Positions 28,440 through 37,189 of a DNA stretch of 64,000 nucleotides are shown in pieces (position 1 is the stretch's first letter; each line of letters opens with the position of its first letter). The notes under the pieces are model-generated. The model had not been told where the DNA came from. It saw only the letters and a program-made list of their open reading frames with translations, and searched no databases. The DNA comes from an uncultured virus (IMG/VR IMGVR_UViG_3300031994_000066). Taxonomy: Duplodnaviria > Heunggongvirae > Uroviricota > Caudoviricetes. The stretch lies in the IMG/VR virus record IMGVR_UViG_3300031994_000066; one strand, given 5' to 3'. Position numbers and translations under genes: made by a program.

Positions 28440-29054
28440 ATGTTAATGCACGAAGATTTAGACATTCAGTCCGGCAACTACATCACGTTGTATCACAGAG
28501 TTGACGGAAAAATCAAGGCTCGCAGATGGGTCAATCCGTTATGGAATGTCGGCAGTTGGCTGATTGAAACAAAGGGTTACTATGAGGCTGGAAATCCAGA
28601 ACGCAACATAGACGTAACCACCATCGCAATCAACACCATCACATCAGGCCCCAAGTACCTCAATCCAGAAGAGGTGAGGAAAAACAATCCCGCTGATATT
28701 GATGAAGTGCTCATCGAGTATCTTGGCGAGACAAAGACAGACCTCATCAATCTCTTCCAAGAAATCGCCGGAAACAACGGCATCCATTCTGTTGGATTAG
28801 ACTTGGTTTTGTGGCGATGGAATGACGAATACCTCAAATCGGAAAATGGGAGCGTGAGAGTTTCCCGCATCAATCTTGCCACAGGAATCGGCTATCAGAA
28901 GCTCGGCAAGGAACACGACTACGCCCTCATTCCAATCGTGAACTTCAAGACGGAAAATTTAATCTACGACCCGTTCTTCAAAAAAGAACTCTACGCAACG
29001 AAAGAAGAGTGTGACGCTAACAACCAGATTGAGATAGTGGATTTCGTCGGCTGA
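28440..29054 (+). CDS. Hypothetical protein
   Basis: Repeat leader. Confidence 0.75.
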   Translation: MLMHEDLDIQSGNYITLYHRVDGKIKARRWVNPLWNVGSWLIETKGYYEAGNPERNIDVTTIAINTITSGPKYLNPEEVRKNNPADIDEVLIEYLGETKTDLINLFQEIAGNNGIHSVGLDLVLWRWNDEYLKSENGSVRVSRINLATGIGYQKLGKEHDYALIPIVNFKTENLIYDPFFKKELYATKEECDANNQIEIVDFVG

Positions 29055-29132
29055 ACGCTTGGGTGTGGGTTGAGAGATTGACCCATATCCACAATGCAAT
29101 AATGCAGAATCAATCAAAAAAACTTACAGACA

Positions 29133-29657
29133 ATGAAAATCAGAAAGACAAAAAAGGAAATCAAGGATTTCTTGAAGAACGCCGCAAACGGCTTAATCGG
29201 CAACGAAGATGGCAGCGTGTGGTATCTCAAGATACCAATCGACACCGAGACCGACAAGTATTGCCCCGACCTCAAGATTGTCGTGTGCTATGAACCTGGA
29301 TTCGACACCGCAGAAGCAGAGACCAATCAGTACAAAGATGGTGAGTATCGAGTCTGTGCATCCTTGCGAATCGACGACAACAATTATTTCAACGATGATT
29401 GTTATAGAATTGCGGAAGAGTACCCTTTCGACAACTCCGATGAAGAAAATGATTTCGAGGAAATAGCGAAAGCACTCTACAAGGACATCCAAGATTATGT
29501 CGAGATGCAGCTCTGGGATAACAATCAGCGTATAGCAAAAGACAACAGCCATCCGCTGTGCGTCTGCTATTGGACTGACCATGAGGAGGGATTTATGTAC
29601 GATGCAAAAGACTGCAAGTTCATAGAACGCGAGGATTCGTGCCTAAATTTAGACTGA
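29133..29657 (+). CDS. Acidic hypothetical protein
   Basis: Repeat leader; D/E-rich. Confidence 0.75.
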   Translation: MKIRKTKKEIKDFLKNAANGLIGNEDGSVWYLKIPIDTETDKYCPDLKIVVCYEPGFDTAEAETNQYKDGEYRVCASLRIDDNNYFNDDCYRIAEEYPFDNSDEENDFEEIAKALYKDIQDYVEMQLWDNNQRIAKDNSHPLCVCYWTDHEEGFMYDAKDCKFIEREDSCLNLD

Positions 29658-29751
29658 GACATCTTCGGCTAATCCAAGGGTCGTGTGTGAGAGATTACCC
29701 ACGGCTCACAAAGCACAATAGTGTGCCTACAATCAAAAAAAACTTACAACA

Positions 29752-30546
29752 ATGGAATTTATCGTAGAAAAATCGCTCAAAGACTTCGATTTTTGGGGTG
29801 GAGCAACTTGGTTTGCAAATCAGTTGACAGACGACCAGTTTGACCTCATTGAATCGTACCTCGAATCAGCAAAGTGCGATGGAGAGTATTACACTGACGG
29901 AGAGATTAACGACATCTTCTGGCACGACCCAGAATCGCTCTATCCGGCTCTTCCAATCGAGGACTTGTGTCGCATCATTCTGTACAAAGACGATAATGCC
30001 GAGTACAACGATTTGGTTGACGATTTCATCGACAACTACTATCGTCTCGACCGTCTCGACTGTACAGAATCCGACATCAAAGAGGCTTGGGAAGAGTGGC
30101 TTGAAGAAGAAACTCTCACCAAGGCAAAGGAAATCGTCAATGGTGACATCGAAGAACTGATTACGAATAACACAATCACTCAAGACCAGATTGATGACGA
30201 CGCTATCGAAGAATGGCTTGATGATTGGCTGTTTGAGTCGAAACTCGACATTTCGGATGGCGAGGATTTATTCAAGAAAGCATTGCTTGATGCTTGGGTC
30301 AAGAACCGAGACGCACTACTGAATCAAGAGGCAGACAACAAGCCTATTGAAAAAGGCTATTGGCACGGCAACGATGCTTGGATTCTCGATACCGATGGAA
30401 ATACAATGACAATTCTCGTCGGCGGCCATTCCGAATCTGAAGCAAAAGAAGTCCAAAGCCTGATTAGGGCAGAGCAAGAACTTGACGGATATGAAGATTT
30501 TGTGCTGTTCGTGGATGTTGACGAATGGAAAGAGCAGAATGAGTAA
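29752..30546 (+). CDS. Highly acidic hypothetical protein (DNA-mimic candidate)
   Basis: Repeat leader; very D/E- and W-rich with few K/R. Confidence 0.75.
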   Translation: MEFIVEKSLKDFDFWGGATWFANQLTDDQFDLIESYLESAKCDGEYYTDGEINDIFWHDPESLYPALPIEDLCRIILYKDDNAEYNDLVDDFIDNYYRLDRLDCTESDIKEAWEEWLEEETLTKAKEIVNGDIEELITNNTITQDQIDDDAIEEWLDDWLFESKLDISDGEDLFKKALLDAWVKNRDALLNQEADNKPIEKGYWHGNDAWILDTDGNTMTILVGGHSESEAKEVQSLIRAEQELDGYEDFVLFVDVDEWKEQNE

Positions 30547-30630
30547 TCTGTCGCAAGCGTGGTGTGGATTAGCGTCCTATCCACGCTCAATGCGCAATAG
30601 TGCGCAGAAATCAATAAAATACTTATAACT

Positions 30631-30711
30631 ATGTGGTTTGTTTTTCTTTGTGCGTTCTTGGTTGAGTCATTCAAGGATTTGACTGGAGATGGCTACTTTA
30701 AGATGAAGTAA
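30631..30711 (+). CDS. Small hydrophobic peptide (26 aa)
   Basis: Variant repeat leader; MWFVFLCAFLVESFKDLTGDGYFKMK*. Confidence 0.5.
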   Translation: MWFVFLCAFLVESFKDLTGDGYFKMK

Positions 30712-30916
30712 CGCACGATTGGGTGTGGGTCGGTGAGAATCACCCACACTCACTATTACACGACTATCTGTATATCAAATATATAGATTGTTTTGTAAGT
30801 TTTTATTGATTGCTCGGCTGGGCGAGGTAAAATAGACATTAAGCCCAGCGCGTCCTCCGACGTGAGATTGAATGTGAGGGTGACGGAGGGGTTGTATAAT
30901 CAAAAAACTTACAACA

Positions 30917-31312
30917 ATGACAACACACGAATTAAACAAAGACCAGATGGAGCAGTTGAAGAGCAATCTGTTCTTCAATGAGGAAGAGTGGTCGGATGCA
31001 CTCACAAAAGAGGACACTGACATAATCGAGAACTCTGCAAACTGGAACCAAATCCCAGACGAGATAGTTCATAAAAACTACGCTGGAGTGATGTTCGTGC
31101 CGGACGATTTCTCCCAAGAAGAAAAGGTCGAATATCCGGCAATCACGACGGTAGAAGACCTCTGCCACGCTTTCAGCCAGCCTCTCAATCAACACGAGGT
31201 TGTGCAAGCGAGATTGGAGCGCATCCTCGATTATCTCTATGAGAATGGCATTATCGGCAACTACAAAGCAGATATGCTTGATTGTCTGTTCAGTGACGAG
31301 CAATGTTATTAA
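30917..31312 (+). CDS. Acidic hypothetical protein
   Basis: Repeat leader. Confidence 0.75.
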   Translation: MTTHELNKDQMEQLKSNLFFNEEEWSDALTKEDTDIIENSANWNQIPDEIVHKNYAGVMFVPDDFSQEEKVEYPAITTVEDLCHAFSQPLNQHEVVQARLERILDYLYENGIIGNYKADMLDCLFSDEQCY

Positions 31313-31327
31313 GAAAGGAGGCAGATT

Positions 31328-31420
31328 ATGAAAACGGCTCTCGGTATTATCTTCATCGTGCTGCCTATCGCCCTCAACTACACCAAGGAGATTAGGCAGT
31401 TGCTCACTCGTAAGAAGTGA
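31328..31420 (+). CDS. Small membrane peptide (30 aa)
   Basis: AAGGAGG upstream; MKTALGIIFIVLPIALNYTKEIRQLLTRKK*. Confidence 0.55.
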   Translation: MKTALGIIFIVLPIALNYTKEIRQLLTRKK

Positions 31421-31494
31421 GCAGGATGGGCGACAAGAGATTGTCGCTCACCCACAATGGCAATAGTGCCAGAATAATCAAAACTTACAACACA

Positions 31495-31791
31495 ATGGAA
31501 ATAAAAGAAACTATCAAGAAATCAGAACTCTACAAAATGTTGGGTTCATTTGAGAAAGTCAGACAAGGTGAGGTTAAAAACGAGCTGTGGCTTGATTTTG
31601 AACACGGATGGCTTCTCCAGTCCTATGATTCGCCGGTTGTCGCTCGCTGCGGTGGAAAGTGGTATTTCTTCCCCGACCACGATTACTCTGCCACAACCAA
31701 CAGAATGGTGATTCGTGCTTGCGGTATGAATATGCCGCAGAGACGTGTCGCTCTGGAGAAAGGTGATGCAATCTGGGTCAATATGGACTGA
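31495..31791 (+). CDS. Hypothetical phage protein
   Basis: Start moved to ATG 31495 after the repeat leader; LQSYDSPV..DYSATT. Confidence 0.75.
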   Translation: MEIKETIKKSELYKMLGSFEKVRQGEVKNELWLDFEHGWLLQSYDSPVVARCGGKWYFFPDHDYSATTNRMVIRACGMNMPQRRVALEKGDAIWVNMD

Positions 31792-31868
31792 AGCCCTTGG
31801 GTCACGGACGAGAGATTGTCCGTGGCTCACAATGCCGATAGTGGCAGAAATCATTAAAACTTACAATT

Positions 31869-32330
31869 ATGAGTAAAAAAGTGGTATTCAAAGCACTTGA
31901 GGAGATTGCTCTTGAGAACATCAAGGCGTTCTTCGACAAACTGCCGTACAAGAGTGCGGATGACCAAGAGGCGATTATAAAAGTCCTCGTTAATGCCTAC
32001 AATCTCGGATGCTCGGCACGATGCAACGAACACGACCAAATCTTTTACATCAGCGACAGAGAGGCGTTTGAGAAAGAACTGCACAATGCCAGCGATGAGA
32101 TATTCAATCAGTTATGCGTTCTCCGCTCGGAGAGTGTGGATTACGCTTGGTACGACAAAGACGGCAATCTTACTGACATCGACATCGTGTGTGTGGTCGA
32201 GGCCGTTGAGACAGATTTCGACACCATCTTCCGCGATATGATGACAGAACCGAAGATGTACGGACGATTCTGGAACTGGTGCTTCCCCGACAATCTCTTC
32301 CAAGACAGTTTCGACAGCCTTGAGGATTGA
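31869..32330 (+). CDS. Acidic hypothetical protein
   Basis: Repeat leader. Confidence 0.75.
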   Translation: MSKKVVFKALEEIALENIKAFFDKLPYKSADDQEAIIKVLVNAYNLGCSARCNEHDQIFYISDREAFEKELHNASDEIFNQLCVLRSESVDYAWYDKDGNLTDIDIVCVVEAVETDFDTIFRDMMTEPKMYGRFWNWCFPDNLFQDSFDSLED

Positions 32331-32408
32331 GGTTTGGGTGGTGGCTGGGTGACTGGCTACCATCCACAATGTGCGATATTGCACAGAATCAATTAAAACT
32401 TACAGACA

Positions 32409-32687
32409 ATGGCACAAATTGAAGTAAAATTCAAAATTGGCGATATGTGCGTCACATTCAACGCACATAAGCTCGCAATGGTCAAAATCGTTGGCATCGG
32501 AATCAATAACAAGTTCGATGTTGTGTACGAGGTTCTTTTCGATGGAAATGACATCACACAAGCCGCGAAAATCAAGGAGGAATATCTCTTCCGCGATGTT
32601 GCAGAACTGGTTGGCATAATCAACCGCAAGAAGCAATGTCTCGGCTACGGCAGACAAGTGCCTATCGACACCAAGTATGACGAGTAG
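32409..32687 (+). CDS. Hypothetical protein (possibly SH3/KOW-like)
   Basis: Repeat leader; KFKIGD start. Confidence 0.7.
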   Translation: MAQIEVKFKIGDMCVTFNAHKLAMVKIVGIGINNKFDVVYEVLFDGNDITQAAKIKEEYLFRDVAELVGIINRKKQCLGYGRQVPIDTKYDE

Positions 32688-32770
32688 CCACAAATCATCA
32701 GCGTGACGCAGCGAATATTCACGCTGGTGACAATGCAATAATGCAGACAATCAATTAAAACTTACGAACA

Positions 32771-33367
32771 ATGTTAAAGACAAAAGACATCAAAATCTTC
32801 GATGTGGTCAAGAGAACATCAAGACGCACAACTGTCGGTGGCTACACCGAAAAAATCACAAGACATCATTTCTCCGATTTTAAGGCAGCCTGCGAGGAAC
32901 TTGAATTGGTGATAGGCGAGACAAAGCGTAACGTCGAAATCAGTAAGTTAATAGCAAAGGCAGAAGCCCAGCCTGATAGTGGAATCCGCGTATGTGAAGA
33001 CCAGTACACGTTCCATCTGTTCAGCGAAATGCTGGAGGTCACTATCGACCTTTCCTATGATGAAATCACCGTCCTCGACCTCGAAAAAGAGCCGGAGGAA
33101 CGCGAGATTATCTTTGTAGACAAGGGTGTGTTCGGTGACGAAGAGGAACACTACTTCAACTGCAAGTGCCACAATGGTTACGCAATCGGTAAGGCAGCGG
33201 ATGATGAGGACTGCGGTGTTGACAAAATCCTTGTCATCTACCCGACACTTGAGGCTGTCAGCAAACTCAAACTGAAAGAAGAAATCCTCGACTGGTTCGG
33301 TCTTCACGACAAAGAGGACGTCACGTTTGGTGACGTTGCAATCAAGTATGGTCACATCATCATCTGA
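32771..33367 (+). CDS. Hypothetical protein
   Basis: Repeat leader. Confidence 0.75.
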   Translation: MLKTKDIKIFDVVKRTSRRTTVGGYTEKITRHHFSDFKAACEELELVIGETKRNVEISKLIAKAEAQPDSGIRVCEDQYTFHLFSEMLEVTIDLSYDEITVLDLEKEPEEREIIFVDKGVFGDEEEHYFNCKCHNGYAIGKAADDEDCGVDKILVIYPTLEAVSKLKLKEEILDWFGLHDKEDVTFGDVAIKYGHIII

Positions 33368-33446
33368 CCACCAGTGCGGTCGTTGCGAGAGCAACCTCCG
33401 CGCTCAATACGGAATAGTCCGTAGTAATCAAAAAAACTTGCAAACA

Positions 33447-34973
33447 ATGGAAAAAAGAAAATGGTCATCGTACCAAGAAGCAATCTTCAAATTCATCCGC
33501 GAGACGAATGACTCGCTTGTTGTCAACGCTGTGGCTGGCTCTGGTAAGACCACGACAATCGTCGAGGCAGCAAAGATAGCCCGTGAAGCCGACAAGTCCG
33601 TACTGTTCCTCGCGTTCAACAAGTCAATCGCCACTGAATTGGGCGTGAAGATGGATGGAACTGGCGTAGAGTGCAAGACGCTACACTCGCACGGCTTCCG
33701 CGCAATCCAACGCAAACTCGGTCGTGGCTGCAAGCTGAACGATGACAAGTGGAAAGACTACATCAAGGACAATGAGGAGGCATTGCTGGATGACATCATC
33801 TTCGATTCAGACAGCGAAAAATTCTCGTACATCCGCGACATCGTGAAACTCCTCAATCTCTGTCGTATCAACCTCTTCCAGAAGAGCGATGACACCAGAG
33901 AAATCGAAGACCTGGCCGAACACCACAACCTCGACGTTGACGATACGCAAGTCTGCATCGTGAACGACATCCTTGGTATCTGCTACCAGATTGAGGACGA
34001 AATTGACTTTACCGATATGATTACTCTGCCGGTGGTCAATGACAAACTCAAGCGTTGTCTGCCGAAGTATGACGTTATCTTTGTCGACGAGGCTCAAGAT
34101 TTGAGCCGTGCGCAACGTGAACTTGTGCTTGCACCCCTGACACGAGACGGTCGATTCGTCGCCGTCGGTGACAAGAAACAAGCCATCAACGGCTTTGCAG
34201 GTGCCGATGTCGTGTCTTTCAACACTCTGGCTGAAATCGCTGGTCACGAACTGCCTCTCTCCGTGTGCTACCGCTGCGGAAAGAACATCATCAAGGAGGC
34301 ACAGAATATCGTTGATTACATCCAGTGGTTTGAGAAAGCCGATGACGGTCAAGTAATCCACACGAACAAGCTCAACGAACTCTCCACCGGCGATATGGTT
34401 CTCTGTCGCAAGACCGCTCCACTAATCGGTCTCTGCCTCCGTCTCATCGCAAACGGCATCCCAGCCAGCGTGAAAGGTCGCGACATCGCAGAGGGCTTGA
34501 AGTCGATGATTATGCGTACCAAGGCAAAGACAATTTCCGCTATGGAGAAAAAACTCCAGAAAGAAATCGACAAGGTGGAACGCAAGGTTATCAAGGACGG
34601 CTTCGACGGCGAACTGTCAGAGCAGCCTCAAGTGGTCACAATCCACGACAAGGTTGACTGCATTATGATGATAGCCGACAACTGCACGTCCATTGACGAG
34701 GTGATAGAGCGTGTCGAGCGCCTGTTCTCCGACACACAAGACGGTCGCGTAATCACCCTCTCCACCGTCCACAAGGCGAAAGGTCTCGAAGCCGACAACG
34801 CTTTCATCATTTGCCCCGACCTGCTACCGATGAAACGCAAGCATCAACAAGATTGGGAACTGGAGCAGGAGATGAATTTGAAGTACGTCGCAATCACCAG
34901 AGCGAAAAAGAAGCTGGTGTACGTCGATGTCAGCGAAGAGAAGTTGGCAAAGGTAGAATTGCCAAATTCTTGA
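33447..34973 (+). CDS. Superfamily 1 (UvrD/Rep-like) helicase
   Basis: AVAGSGKTTT, LAFNK, VDEAQD, VGDKKQAI, STVHKAKGLE and YVAITRAK motifs; start at ATG 33447 after the leader. Confidence 0.9.
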   Translation: MEKRKWSSYQEAIFKFIRETNDSLVVNAVAGSGKTTTIVEAAKIAREADKSVLFLAFNKSIATELGVKMDGTGVECKTLHSHGFRAIQRKLGRGCKLNDDKWKDYIKDNEEALLDDIIFDSDSEKFSYIRDIVKLLNLCRINLFQKSDDTREIEDLAEHHNLDVDDTQVCIVNDILGICYQIEDEIDFTDMITLPVVNDKLKRCLPKYDVIFVDEAQDLSRAQRELVLAPLTRDGRFVAVGDKKQAINGFAGADVVSFNTLAEIAGHELPLSVCYRCGKNIIKEAQNIVDYIQWFEKADDGQVIHTNKLNELSTGDMVLCRKTAPLIGLCLRLIANGIPASVKGRDIAEGLKSMIMRTKAKTISAMEKKLQKEIDKVERKVIKDGFDGELSEQPQVVTIHDKVDCIMMIADNCTSIDEVIERVERLFSDTQDGRVITLSTVHKAKGLEADNAFIICPDLLPMKRKHQQDWELEQEMNLKYVAITRAKKKLVYVDVSEEKLAKVELPNS

Positions 34974-35078
34974 AAATTCTTGAAAAACTTTCAAGAATTG
35001 CTATGTACGCAGAGGAGAAATCTTCTGCGTACATCAAATGGCAATAGTGCCACATAATCAATAATTAAACTTACAACT

Positions 35079-35405
35079 ATGAGTACAAAATTTGTAGTAA
35101 ACAAAAAGAGCGGTCAACCCTATGAGGTTGTCGAAAGAACTCCCAAAGGCTCACTCTTCATCCGTCCGATGGGAGTGATTGAATTGACCGAAGAACTCGT
35201 CAAGACAATCAAGGCGAATTTCACCCACGCCTATGGTCACACCTACACCGCAAAAGATGGGCGAATTTACAGCATCACCAGCGACGTGACGCAGCAGCCT
35301 ATTCCAGTACGCGAATTTGTCAAGGGATTTCTCTACAGAGACGCTGACGGTCAAGACTTTGAGCAGATAGATGCCCCTCTGGTGCGAGCAGCACAGCAAT
35401 ATTAG
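35079..35405 (+). CDS. Hypothetical protein, last gene of the leader array
   Basis: Repeat leader. Confidence 0.7.
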   Translation: MSTKFVVNKKSGQPYEVVERTPKGSLFIRPMGVIELTEELVKTIKANFTHAYGHTYTAKDGRIYSITSDVTQQPIPVREFVKGFLYRDADGQDFEQIDAPLVRAAQQY

Positions 35406-35510
35406 GGCGAATTTTGCCACTATCAAGGCGAATTTATAGGCGAATAACCGCTACTTGAAAAATTTTTATCACACACAATCAGTAAGATACGAATAATTTT
35501 GAAAAAAATA

Positions 35511-35541
35511 TTTGGTAGTTTCAAAATTGTTCGTATCTTTG
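35511..35541 (+). promoter_or_regulatory. Bacteroidetes primary-sigma promoter
   Basis: TTTG-N19-TATCTTTG. Confidence 0.8.
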
Positions 35542-35700
35542 CACCGTGTTTGAGTGAGAAAGCACAGCCACAAAGGGTCCCGTGGTCGGAACACCTCTCA
35601 CAAGAACACGAATCGCGAGGTGGAGAAGATAGTATCTCGCTTGTGGCTTTGAAACCCACAAGAGACCGTCGATGCGAGCGCGACCCTTGCGACAAAATAC

Positions 35701-35777
35701 TGCGGAATAGAGAAGTCTGGTATCTCGCCACCCTCATAAGGTGGAGTTCATGGGTTCAAATCCCATTTCCGCTACCA
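35701..35777 (+). tRNA. tRNA with CAT anticodon (Met; initiator-like 1:72 mismatch)
   Basis: Acceptor (T)GCGGAA/TTCCGC(T), anticodon arm CCACC-CTCATAA-GGTGG, T-arm ATGGG-TTCAAAT-CCCAT, encoded CCA. Confidence 0.9.
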
Positions 35778-35869
35778 AGCCGAAAGAGGCAACAAACAAT
35801 AGCAGAGATGACGGGAATCTGCAAGGTTTGAATAGAAATTAGGTTAGTCCTCCAATAAAAGGACAAACA

Positions 35870-35909
35870 CAACCCCTGCAATCCCGTCAACGCATGGGGT
35901 TGCTTTTTT
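35870..35909 (+). terminator. Intrinsic terminator with possible alternative pairing
   Basis: CAACCCC-TGC...GCA-T-GGGGTTG followed by C and T6. Confidence 0.65.
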
Positions 35910-36281
35910 ATATACGCTTGAGTCAAACTTGAATGACCGTAAAGCACCTGTTCAAGTGACTATAAACACCGCATAGGGGAAAGGGGAATTTCACAGTGCG
36001 GATGGCAAATGAGTTCAATGGTGGACTGCCAGTGATAGCGATAGCGCGAAAAAACCACCAGCAAGGAGGCTGCTAATCGACCTACCTGCTTGTCGTGTCT
36101 GAAACGGAGGTGTTCGGCAGAAAGATACACAAAGCCCATCGCTTTCCTCCCACTCTTTGAGAGAGGGGGGAAAGGGGGTAAGAGCGTTGCCGGTCTTTCG
36201 CAAAGAGTGTTGGCAGTAAAGATTAAGTTTGAGTAGAATAGAATAGTTTAATTAAGAGAATAAACTTAAAATTAAGTTTTT

Positions 36282-36575
36282 ATGATTAAAATAAAATTAG
36301 AAGATGCAAAAGAAGAAATAAAAAAACTCTTCATAGAAAAAGGCGTGAAGTTCAAAAACGACAACCAAAATGACGAAAAATCAACGTCTTTTATATCGAA
36401 CAACACGTTCTTCATCGACAAACGCCAGATGGAGAGAGAAGATGTAACAACAATGCTGATTAACTACTTTATGGATAAACAGGTCGAGGGTGGTGGCTGC
36501 ATCTTGAGTCCGATAACGCTATTATGGACTACCATCGAACTGTACGACAAAGACAACCCACGAAAAATTAAGTAA
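36282..36575 (+). CDS. Hypothetical protein
   Basis: ORF with A-rich leader. Confidence 0.6.
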   Translation: MIKIKLEDAKEEIKKLFIEKGVKFKNDNQNDEKSTSFISNNTFFIDKRQMEREDVTTMLINYFMDKQVEGGGCILSPITLLWTTIELYDKDNPRKIK

Positions 36576-36576
36576 T

Positions 36577-36849
36577 ATGAGCAAAGAGATTAAAATAACT
36601 CTGTACAACCCGAAAGAGTTGTGGAAGATGTTTTGCAATCGAGTATTTTGGCCTCGAAACAAGAAATGCACGGAGTGGTGCGAATACTACGATGGAGTGC
36701 TTGACAGCGCAATCGTTGACATACTCCAGCAAGCTGTGAATGATGGTCTCATAAAAGACGAGGTTGCAGAGAATCTTGAAATTAAACTCAAGGAGGCTAA
36801 TGCTGCCACTGCGGAACTAACAGCAGAACTAATGTCAAAGCCTTACTGA
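36577..36849 (+). CDS. Hypothetical protein
   Basis: Operon spacing. Confidence 0.65.
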   Translation: MSKEIKITLYNPKELWKMFCNRVFWPRNKKCTEWCEYYDGVLDSAIVDILQQAVNDGLIKDEVAENLEIKLKEANAATAELTAELMSKPY

Positions 36850-36851
36850 TT

Positions 36852-37187
36852 ATGGCAATAATACATGAATATATTGAGGTTGAGAGAATAAAGGAGGAAC
36901 TTTGCATAAAGTTCTTTCAGACTTGCGAAAACCTACAAAAGAAAAAAAAGATAGATAGGGCTGGATATAAAGACATAATGCCAGTAATGCACATCACAAA
37001 GGCTCGATTACAAAAGATACTTAACGCCATTGAAAGGAATTGGGTTTACTTTAAGATTGAACGAGGCTATATGCTGGAGGTGTCAAATATAGTAATGAGC
37101 ATTGATTGGAGTAAGAGGGTATTCTATATGGGTAAACCAGCATTTCATTTCAGAGTGACAAGATATAAAAACATTAAATTTCAATAA
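36852..37187 (+). CDS. Hypothetical protein
   Basis: Operon spacing. Confidence 0.6.
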   Translation: MAIIHEYIEVERIKEELCIKFFQTCENLQKKKKIDRAGYKDIMPVMHITKARLQKILNAIERNWVYFKIERGYMLEVSNIVMSIDWSKRVFYMGKPAFHFRVTRYKNIKFQ

Positions 37188-37189
37188 TT

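Larger units (their letters stand above)
23935..35078 (+). repeat. Dispersed repeat: about 20 gene leaders of form hairpin(GAGAGATT-type loop) - hairpin(AATAGT/AATAAT loop) - AATCA..AAACTTAC - ATG
   Basis: Examples: CTTGGTGTC-GAGAGATT-GACACCAAG (24118-24143); GTTGTGACC-GAGAGATT-GGTCACAAC (25492-25517); GGACTGGAGTC-GAGAGATT-GACTTCAGTCC (26931-26960); GGGTCACGGAC-GAGAGATT-GTCCGTGGCTC (31799-31828). Not every leader has both hairpins. Confidence 0.9.

Noticed and set aside
23935..35078. Repeated hairpins as ordinary intrinsic terminators or CRISPR repeats
   Set aside because: They lack a U-tract on the coding strand, the stems differ while the loop is conserved, and the units are separated by whole genes.
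35499..35831. 110-aa ORF over the promoter and tRNA
   Set aside because: It overlaps a clear tRNA and a consensus promoter.
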